Shown: positions 7,099 to 13,435 of the stretch, in pieces | Layout: each line of letters opens with the position of its first letter | Position numbering within the stretch: position 1 is the first letter of the stretch | NCBI GenBank assembly: GCA_049509455.1 | Contig: JBEKZX010000037.1 | Location: 1 to 13,435, forward strand | DNA from: Conexivisphaerales archaeon | Lineage (GTDB): Archaea; Thermoproteota; Nitrososphaeria; Conexivisphaerales; DTJL01 | Direction: 5' to 3' | DNA length: 13,435 nt | Notes under the pieces: model-generated | The model's database searches: none | What the model saw: the letters and a program-made list of their open reading frames with translations, nothing else | Told to the model about the DNA's origin: nothing | Translations under genes and position numbers: made by a program

Positions 7099-8058
7099 CT
7101 ACTCCTCCAGCTTCTCTCCACCCCGACTCGGTTGGAGGCTCCTATAAGCGTATGCCAGCCCGGCCCCGGCAACGCCGACGGGGAACGGGACCAGGTAAGA
7201 GAGAGGCGCGGCCTGCGCCAGCAGGAAGGCGGCTGCCGCGCCACCCAGCCCGATATGCGCTAGTGCGATTCCCATGAAGCTGGCCCTCTCCCTTATGTCG
7301 GGCGGATAGGTGGCGTAGAGTACGCGCGCCGTGGACGCGTCGACGAAGGCTAAGAAGGCCTTGCCCTTGAAGCTGTAGCCGAAGGCCCATAGGGGGACGT
7401 AGATGTAGTACGATTCGATTATGGTGAGCGAATCCTTCCTCGCGTCGACCCTCTCCACCTCCCTGTCGATGAGTAGGGAGAACTGTTGCTTGGCGGAGTC
7501 GTTGGCAATCTGCTCGGCTTGCGCCCGGTTCACCACCCCGCCATGGAGGATCCCCCCGGCATCCGTAACTAGTCCCGTGCTGAAGTATTTCCGGGCCCGC
7601 CCGGGGATCTGATAGCTCGTCAGCTCCTGGGGGAAGTCCTTCGAGGCGGGGAAGAGGAACTCGAAGCGCCTGTCGAAGGTCCCTTGCTCCGGCCTGAGGA
7701 GGGTCTTCAGCTGTCGAAAGGCCCCGCCTTCGGGCCACGAGTACTCCGCGTCCTCCCCGAGGCCGGTGAAGGTGGTGGTCCCTTCGAGTGAGATCACCCA
7801 GAACGGGTGGAAGTGCAACGTGGCCCTGTCCATATGGAGCCGGATGGGCGTGCTTTCATCGTAACCTCCCTGTTTCTTGGCCCAAAGCATGAGGGTCTCA
7901 AAACAGCTGCTGCTGTTGTAATAGGCAGGCATGGCGTACCGCTCCTCTCCCTCCATGGTGAGGAAGTCGGTGTTGCAGTAGGGGCAGTGCACCCCCTTCT
8001 CCCCTTCGGCGACGTCGGTAGGCTTGCCGCAGACGGGGCAGGCGTATGATGTGGTCAA
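7099..8058 (-). CDS. YdjG-like Zn-ribbon membrane protein (paralog 2)
   Basis: N-terminal CPVC-x14-CPYC, then HPFWVISL, YVPLWAFGYSFKGKAFLAFVDASTARV..TYP and two C-terminal TM helices. This is the layout of B. subtilis YdjG (PFW; PVW..SY.Y.....FAMNGQTGKV.G..P; C-terminal anchor). TTG start 1 nt after the upstream stop. Confidence 0.8.
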   Translation of the reverse strand: MTTSYACPVCGKPTDVAEGEKGVHCPYCNTDFLTMEGEERYAMPAYYNSSSCFETLMLWAKKQGGYDESTPIRLHMDRATLHFHPFWVISLEGTTTFTGLGEDAEYSWPEGGAFRQLKTLLRPEQGTFDRRFEFLFPASKDFPQELTSYQIPGRARKYFSTGLVTDAGGILHGGVVNRAQAEQIANDSAKQQFSLLIDREVERVDARKDSLTIIESYYIYVPLWAFGYSFKGKAFLAFVDASTARVLYATYPPDIRERASFMGIALAHIGLGGAAAAFLLAQAAPLSYLVPFPVGVAGAGLAYAYRSLQPSRGGEKLEE

Positions 8059-8059
8059 A

Positions 8060-9040
8060 CTAACTCTCTCCCACCTGACGCTGAGACCGCGTGGCCATCA
8101 ACGTCGTATAAGCCGCGAAGCCGAAGGCTGTGAAGGCCAGGACCGCAGAAATCCCTATCGCGCCACTGGCCGCCTGGGCCCCTATGGCGTAGGAGGCGCC
8201 AGCCAGGGCGGCGGAGGCGCCGTATCCGGCCAGGAGGAAGCCGGCCCTCTGAGCCTTCGTCAGGGGGACCTCCGCCTCCAGGACCTTGGCCTGGGCCGCG
8301 TCGTAGAGCATCCTGAAGGTACTGCCCCTCTCTTCGAAACGGACGGAGTAGAGCGGATAGAGGACCAGCTGGTTCGACTGGACGACGACATCTGTGTAGC
8401 ACTCGAAGACCTTCGTGCACATCCCCTCGACCCGGGCCCTGTGCAGGTCGCCCACCTTGGTCTCTGCCCAGTGACTTGCTTCGTCGACGCCGACGCTGGA
8501 CGTAAGGAACTCAGCCACCTTTGCCAGCAGCATCAGCTGATCGGGCGTGAGCTGGCTCGGGGTAGAGGCCCTGACCGCGTCCTCCGCCTTCTCTAGGGCG
8601 AAGATCCTCTCATGGCGACGAGCGAAGAGCGTCAGGACGAGGTCCTCATCGATGACGCCCTTGACGGGCCTGTAGACGGTATAAACCTCCGTACGCTGGT
8701 CCTTGCCTGAGCCTACGGTGGCGCTCCTGGATTCGCTGCGATAACCGTTGTACCTCGTGTGACCGTGTGCCTTTGTGAGCCAGAAGGGGGCCATGATCAG
8801 CTTCTGCTCCGTGATGGCGAAGTCCCCGCCAGTCCTCCTCCTAAGAAAGGACTCCACAGAGGCTTTCAGCGCGTTCAGGTCCTGCGGCACGACGCCGCTG
8901 ATGCTGACCTTTTCGTTCGTGACGAAACCGCTCCACCCGCAGTACCTGCAGACGTAGACGACCGTGTCGGGCGAAAGGTCTAGGGAGGCGGCGCAGTTGG
9001 GACACTTAACCGCCAGGCCGGAGGTTACGACTGTAGTCAT
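8060..9040 (-). CDS. YdjG-like Zn-ribbon membrane protein (paralog 1)
   Basis: CPNC...CRYC ribbon, APFWLTKA, LYPLYSVRFEERGSTFRMLYDAAQAKVLEAEVP and two C-terminal TM helices. The start is moved from TTG 9118 to ATG 9040 (MTT...) to match the paralog. Confidence 0.8.
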   Translation of the reverse strand: MTTVVTSGLAVKCPNCAASLDLSPDTVVYVCRYCGWSGFVTNEKVSISGVVPQDLNALKASVESFLRRRTGGDFAITEQKLIMAPFWLTKAHGHTRYNGYRSESRSATVGSGKDQRTEVYTVYRPVKGVIDEDLVLTLFARRHERIFALEKAEDAVRASTPSQLTPDQLMLLAKVAEFLTSSVGVDEASHWAETKVGDLHRARVEGMCTKVFECYTDVVVQSNQLVLYPLYSVRFEERGSTFRMLYDAAQAKVLEAEVPLTKAQRAGFLLAGYGASAALAGASYAIGAQAASGAIGISAVLAFTAFGFAAYTTLMATRSQRQVGES

Positions 9041-9165
9041 GAGCCGGGAACGCACTGAAACTGATGCCAGATGGGATTCTTTACCCTTTCCCCGGCTGCC
9101 CGATCGCGCGCTGATCAAAGGACGAGGGGAATCTCTTATCTACGCCTTCATTCGAGCCTCAGCCT

Positions 9166-9681
9166 ATGCCCACAAGGCGGAGCAAGACCTACTCCTACAT
9201 CTTCGACGCCGTAGTGGTCTTCGCGATGATAGTGCTCATCGCCAACTTCGGGAACTACTTCTCGGTGGTCTTCCCCGTCGAGGGGATCAGCATGAGGCCC
9301 ACCATCGTCAACGGCGACCTGGCCATCGTTGAGCCGGTGAACATCAACACGATCCACAAAGGTGACATAGTGGTCTACAGGGATGGCCCCATCGACGTCA
9401 TACACCGGGTCGTCAACATCGAAGGAAGCGGGTCCAATATCATCCTCACGGTCAAGGGAGACAACAACGCCTATCCCGACCCAGCCGAGGTCACCAGCGA
9501 CCTTCTGGTGGGCAGGGTGACCTTCATCGTCCTCTACCTTGGGACCTTCGTGACTGAGCCTTACAACTACCTTCTGGCGATAGTGCTCGTCTCCCTGTTG
9601 GTGGCGGACTACTTCGAGACCGAGCGTACAGAGACCACACCGGCGGGTTCGCCTTCAGATGCTCTCCAAGGGCCGGCTTGA
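9166..9681 (+). CDS. sec11: Signal peptidase I, archaeal/ER (S26B, Ser-His-Asp) type
   Basis: N-terminal TM, box B GISMRPT, box C GDL, box D VIHRV, box E KGDNN..PD and a C-terminal TM. Confidence 0.93.
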   Translation: MPTRRSKTYSYIFDAVVVFAMIVLIANFGNYFSVVFPVEGISMRPTIVNGDLAIVEPVNINTIHKGDIVVYRDGPIDVIHRVVNIEGSGSNIILTVKGDNNAYPDPAEVTSDLLVGRVTFIVLYLGTFVTEPYNYLLAIVLVSLLVADYFETERTETTPAGSPSDALQGPA

Positions 9682-9731
9682 ATTACACCTGGCTGATTCT
9701 ATTCATGCGGTTGGGTTCCGCCCAAGATAAG

Positions 9732-9782
9732 GCGCTAGCTATAGCGCGATCACGGGGAGGAGTCCCTTCGAAGGTCGAAGGG
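9732..9782. repeat. Two short inverted repeats between convergent genes (possible terminator/structure)
   Basis: GCGCTA-gcta-TAGCGC (9732-9747) and CCCTTCGA-agg-TCGAAGGG (9764-9782). Confidence 0.35.
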
Positions 9783-9876
9783 CGATGCGAGCGCAAAGGG
9801 AGTGCCTGGAATAGACGGTAAGGCAAAGGCGATTCGGATGAAGGCCCTGACGCCTGCCCGGGGCGCTCTTCCGTAT

Positions 9877-10164
9877 CTACTCCTTCGCTTCTTCAGTGAC
9901 CATTTCCGCCCACTGATGGCCGCAGTGCTTGCATCTATAGGTGTACGAAAACTCCGTGACGTCAATTGTAACCGGGTAGTCCTCCTCGACCGCCAGTGGG
10001 ACTCCGCTGTACATCCCCCCGCGACCCATTGGAGGCATTGGGATGGCATGCTTCTCCAAATGCGTTTCTTGTCTGGTCTCGACCGGTTCCTTGCTGACGA
10101 GCCTGATCTCGAAACGCTTGCCACAGCCGGGACAGTGACGAAAGAGCGTCCTTATCTCAGACAC
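9877..10164 (-). CDS. Small zinc-ribbon protein
   Basis: 95 aa. CPGC and CKHC knuckles are separated by about 63 residues. GTG start with a TATA box at the expected distance. Confidence 0.85.
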   Translation of the reverse strand: MSEIRTLFRHCPGCGKRFEIRLVSKEPVETRQETHLEKHAIPMPPMGRGGMYSGVPLAVEEDYPVTIDVTEFSYTYRCKHCGHQWAEMVTEEAKE

Positions 10165-10186
10165 GAGCGGTTCTCGTGCCCGCCCG

Positions 10187-10193
10187 TACTTAA
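10187..10193 (-). promoter_or_regulatory. TATA box for 9877..10164
   Basis: Minus-strand TTAAGTA lies 23-29 nt upstream of GTG 10164. Confidence 0.6.
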
Positions 10194-10321
10194 GACTTCA
10201 TTACGTCTGAAGATTATGGTTCCTCTATGCCATTGATGGAGGCCCTCGGTGGGCGGGAATCCGATGTGAAAGGAGTGCGGGAGAGGCTGACCCTAGCATA
10301 GCGCCCGGGCAAATCGGAACT

Positions 10322-10546
10322 GCCTCGGGGCCTAGGACGGCCTCCCTCCTGTATCTGGAGAAGGGCAAGCCTATGACGATCTCCTTCGACCAGCCCAGGA
10401 TGGAGGCCTTCCAGGCTCGCCTAAGGGATGACATCGACAGAGTCATGAGAGAGGAGTTCGGACCGACCCCTTCGTACCAGACCTGCAGCTACTGCGACTA
10501 CCTGGGCATATGTGAAGCGAAGGCAGTCATTGGCTATCGAGGGTGA
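10322..10546 (+). pseudogene. C-terminal remnant of an Fe-S-cluster PD-(D/E)XK nuclease (AddB/Cas4/PDDEXK_1-like)
   Basis: Frame not in the track: ...GPRTASLLYLEKGKPMTISFDQPRMEAFQARLRDDIDRVMREEFGPTPSYQTCSYCDYLGICEAKAVIGYRG*. It shows the F.P.P...C-x2-C-x5-C terminal motif and the preceding 'xLxYL' strand. No catalytic core lies upstream. Confidence 0.7.
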
Positions 10547-10805
10547 CGCGTCTCTGTCGAGCACCGTTCGCCTCAAGTTTCTAGGGGACAGGTTCGGGAG
10601 GTTCAGGGAGTGGAAGGTGGGGCTGAGGGGGGCGGTTGAGACCGTGAACAGGGAGATATCACTCCTGTACGCCGAGAGGAGGTACGACAGGATACTGGAG
10701 TACGTCCACGACGAGATGGAGGGATATGAATTGGCGTACAGCGCGATAAAGAGGGAGAAGTTCTACTCGGAGCTGATGGCGCCGATGGAGAAGCTGCTGA
10801 AGTAG
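10512..10805 (+). CDS. Hypothetical protein (start uncertain; may be a fragment)
   Basis: 97-codon ORF with GC3-rich, host-like codons and a charged helical character. It overlaps the end of the nuclease remnant. Confidence 0.5.
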   Translation: MKRRQSLAIEGDASLSSTVRLKFLGDRFGRFREWKVGLRGAVETVNREISLLYAERRYDRILEYVHDEMEGYELAYSAIKREKFYSELMAPMEKLLK

Positions 10806-10917
10806 GGTCATCCTTCCTCGGCCATGACCTTCAAAGTCCCCAACCTAATGTCCACCCAAGACACGTAGCGTCCAGAGAGGACATCATGGTGTCACCGCGC
10901 CAAAGGTAGTCTTGGGT

Positions 10918-10980
10918 AATAGCGTAATAGGACCTGCCGATATGCGTAAATAGCGTAGGTGCCCTCAATACCTACGTTAT
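10918..10980. promoter_or_regulatory. Candidate operator: direct repeat plus palindrome upstream of the HTH gene
   Basis: AATAGCGTA occurs at 10918-10926 and 10949-10957. ATAGCGTAGGT-(9 nt)-ACCTACGTTAT (10950-10980) is an 11-bp inverted repeat with one mismatch. Confidence 0.5.
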
Positions 10981-11008
10981 GCCCCTGGTGATAGCTAATG
11001 CCGGAGAG

Positions 11009-11662
11009 ATGACGGAGAGAAGACGTGTGATCAAGAGGAGGCGCAGGCTTACCGAGGATGAGAAGAAGAGGATCATCGACTATCGAAAGGAAGGCCGGTC
11101 CTATGCGGAGATAAGCGTGCTTATGGGCGGCCTGCCTATCTCGACCATAGAGCGCTACGCCCGCACGGTCAAGAGAGGTCAAAGGAGGACAGAGCAACAG
11201 GAGACGGCCAACGCCAAGCCCCAAACGCCCCCTGTGGAGGTCGCGGCAGAGGACGTGCTTCCGCCGAAACAGACGATCCTCCCTGATGCTTACTACGAAC
11301 TCCAGGAAATCGCCAAGAAGGACTATGAAAACCCCGTTGAAATGCTTGACTCCGTGGTGCGCGTCCTCCCCCCCATGAGCGATGAAGACAAGGAGACTTG
11401 GGCGTTTGTTATCAACACCATCTGGCAATCGAAGAAGGAGACGAAGAACAAAGAGGAGACCGTCAAGTTCATCAGGGCACTCATGGACGTTCAACTCTTG
11501 GAGTACACCCAGAGAAGATACCCTCAGCAGCTGCCCCTGGTCTTCGAATCCATGTCAAGGGGGGACAGGATCCTCGCTAGGCTGGACGAGATCGTTCTCC
11601 TGTTGAGGGATTTATCGGAGGAAATCAGGCGCCAGGGGCGAAACAAGTCGGTAAAGCGATGA
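11009..11662 (+). CDS. Protein with an N-terminal homeodomain-like HTH and an unknown helical C-terminal domain
   Basis: RRLTEDEKKRIIDYRKEGRSYAEISVLMGGLPISTIERY fits the HTH_38/resolvase-like HTH pattern. A Pro/Glu linker and helical domain follow. ATG 11009 has GGAGAG upstream (track start 10979). Confidence 0.8.
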   Translation: MTERRRVIKRRRRLTEDEKKRIIDYRKEGRSYAEISVLMGGLPISTIERYARTVKRGQRRTEQQETANAKPQTPPVEVAAEDVLPPKQTILPDAYYELQEIAKKDYENPVEMLDSVVRVLPPMSDEDKETWAFVINTIWQSKKETKNKEETVKFIRALMDVQLLEYTQRRYPQQLPLVFESMSRGDRILARLDEIVLLLRDLSEEIRRQGRNKSVKR

Positions 11663-12230
11663 GAGCTTTACCACCCGTACGAATCTCGAACCTTGGCGAC
11701 GCTTGGAGGACCGATGAGATATTCGTAAAGTTCAGCGGGAAAATGGAGTACGTCTTCGCCCTGATGGATGACCAGACACGCTTCTGGATCGCCCAACAAG
11801 TTGCGACGAATGAGGGAGAACCGACGATGTGAAACCCATGTTCAGAGAGGGGGCGGAGTACGCGGGGAAGAATCCGAGAGTCCTAATCACGGACGGAGCG
11901 CACAACTACATCGACGGAGCAAGGGCTTTCTCGACTCACGGACACCCAATAACTCACATCCGAGAAATCAGGCTCACAGGCACAGTCCACAACAACAAGA
12001 TGGAGAGCATGAACGGGGAAATCCGAGATAGGGAAAAGGTCATGCGAGGTCTCAAGATTGAGGAGACCCCAATCTTAGCAGGGATGCAAATCTACCACAA
12101 CTTCATCCGGCCTCACATGACTCTGAACGGGGAGACCCCCGCGGAGAAGGCGGGGATAACGGTCGAAGGAGAGAACAAGTGGGTTACTGTCATTCAGAAT
12201 GCGACGGTCGAGAAGAGACAGCTTCGTTAG
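11659..12230 (+). mobile_element. IS6-like DDE transposase/integrase pseudogene (5'-truncated, frameshifted)
   Basis: Frame 1 (11659-11832) reads ...NLGDAWRTDEIFVKFSGKMEYVFALMDDQTRFWIAQQVA. Frame 2 (open from 11814) reads TDDVKPMF...VLITDG...HNNKMES..GEIRDREKVMRGLK...YHNFIRPH.TL.GETPAE. All three DDE residues are present but split by a frameshift at about 11814-11828. No terminal inverted repeats recognised. Confidence 0.88.
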
Positions 12231-12425
12231 GCGTTCTCTGCCGAGCCAAGAACCTCGATTGGTTCTCACGAATTCATCTCTGCGTCAAACCACGAGAGCA
12301 TGACGGATGGCATGAATGCTTCTGCGGCTTCTCTTGGCACTTCCCGATTTGGCTATGGCGCTTGAAACCGCTCCCGAAACGGTCAGGTCGGTTCTGGGTG
12401 AATACTTCAAAGTCAAGGGAAGCAA

Positions 12426-13196
12426 TTAGATACGCCCTTGGAGATATTGTATAAATCCCGAAACGATTATCGCTGCGACGGGGAACACGAGGAGAGCCAT
12501 CCCCAATAGGAACGTTTTCCTTTTGGATAGTATGGTCCCAAGGACACCTGCCACAGCACCCACGAAACTAAGGAAAAGTGAGATAGTGAACACTTGTGAT
12601 ATGAGCGCAAACTGGCGGAAGGAACCCAAATAGGGGAATAACGAAGCCAGGATTGACAAATAGCCATATTGAATCATTCCTATGCCTCCAATTATTACCA
12701 ACCAAGAAAGTTGAAACTTAGGGGTATAGGACGAACTTATCCAATATTCAACTGTGTGATACCCTTGGACAAAACCAACAATGGAACTCATGAGTCCTAC
12801 GACCAGAAGAAGGTTGGCAAATCCAGACAACTCAAGTGATGTGAATGGAAATACTGGAGTTGAGCTACTCGCTTCAAGTATTAGCTGAAAAAGCAGAAAG
12901 AACCCCGAGAAGAGAAATGCATGGCGTGATTGACTCAACCATTTCTGCGGTTGCCGAGAGAGTCCCTCAGCCTCGTCTTCATCAACTCCTTTCTTCTTTA
13001 GCTCCTTCTCTCGTTTCTCCACACTCTTGTTTATCTCCTTCCCGAACGCCCAAGGAAGCGTGAAATACGCTCCAAATCCCAGACTCATCAGCGTAATACT
13101 GACTTCATCGATAGTAATCAATACAACTATCAGCCCTGAGAATACCATGAGGCCGAGAAGGACAGACGCAACTCTCTTTCGACTATTGGAATCCAT
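12426..13196 (-). CDS. Hypothetical multi-pass membrane protein, lower GC
   Basis: Long ORF with about 7-8 hydrophobic segments and a charged loop (KREKELKKKGVDEDEAE). Probable start is ATG 13196 (track start 13265). Confidence 0.8.
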   Translation of the reverse strand: MDSNSRKRVASVLLGLMVFSGLIVVLITIDEVSITLMSLGFGAYFTLPWAFGKEINKSVEKREKELKKKGVDEDEAEGLSRQPQKWLSQSRHAFLFSGFFLLFQLILEASSSTPVFPFTSLELSGFANLLLVVGLMSSIVGFVQGYHTVEYWISSSYTPKFQLSWLVIIGGIGMIQYGYLSILASLFPYLGSFRQFALISQVFTISLFLSFVGAVAGVLGTILSKRKTFLLGMALLVFPVAAIIVSGFIQYLQGRI

Positions 13197-13310
13197 TGGT
13201 TTCTTAAGAAGTTTGAGAGGAGTAACCGACTTGTCACGGAAGGGAATCATCAACCGAAACTTCACAGCCCTTCCATCAACCGTTCATGGGGACAGAACCT
13301 ATCGAATTAT

Positions 13311-13435
13311 ATGCCGAAAACCACTCCTCTTATATCGATTGAGAACGTAGTGGCTTCAGCAAGTGTAAATCAGACTATCGATCTCAACGAAATCACGAGG
13401 CTCTTTCCCGATGTGGAGTATCACCCAGAGCAGTT
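13311..13435 (+). CDS. tbp: TATA-box-binding protein, 3'-partial
   Basis: Not in the ORF track. ATG 13311 gives MPKTTPLISIENVVASASVNQTIDLNEITRLFPDVEYHPEQ(F), with the TBP motifs IENVVAS, IDL and EY.PEQF. The N-terminal style resembles Nitrososphaerota TBPs. Confidence 0.95.
   Translation, partial: MPKTTPLISIENVVASASVNQTIDLNEITRLFPDVEYHPEQ

Noticed and set aside
4722-10546. CRISPR-Cas link for the Cas4-like fragments
   Set aside because: No repeat-spacer array or other cas genes seen; these motifs are shared by many non-CRISPR nucleases.
10892-11494. 200-aa minus-strand ORF
   Set aside because: Antisense to the HTH gene, which has the convincing motif and an SD.
10806-12425. tRNA/att site or terminal inverted repeats bounding the mobile-looking region
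   Set aside because: I could not find a cloverleaf, a target-site duplication or matching ends by eye.
12179-12454. 91-aa plus-strand ORF after the transposase
   Set aside because: Overlaps both neighbours, has atypical composition and shows no motif.

Overview
Archaeal window, probably Nitrososphaerota-like. The support is the partial TBP at the right edge, an SHD-type signal peptidase, TATA boxes about 26 nt upstream of several starts, and the style of the IS6-like transposase. Left to right: (1) a partial secreted beta-rich protein missed by the ORF track, and a 4-TM protein; (2) a self-standing Tat-exported 4x[4Fe-4S] protein plus a 10-TM NrfD/HybB/QrcD-type anchor, with no catalytic subunit in the window, next to mobB; (3) a frameshifted minimal Bat-type HTH_10 gene, a small 2-TM gene and a hidden PD-(D/E)XK nuclease relic; (4) a tightly coupled five-gene operon of two YdjG-like Zn-ribbon membrane proteins, a DUF308-like membrane protein, an all-helical conserved protein and an SPFH (YdjI-like) protein with two double zinc ribbons. 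It resembles the Bacillus pspA-ydjGHI envelope-stress module without PspA or YdjH, and it is divergent from a signal peptidase I; (5) a Zn-ribbon protein; (6) a decaying, mobile-looking region with the C-terminal remnant of an Fe-S PD-(D/E)XK nuclease, an HTH protein behind a palindromic/direct-repeat site, and a truncated, frameshifted IS6-like transposase; (7) a lower-GC segment with a multi-pass membrane protein and the start of a tbp gene. The SPFH/YdjG operon is the best candidate for an uncharacterised system. All family calls come from motif recognition by eye; no database searches were run.
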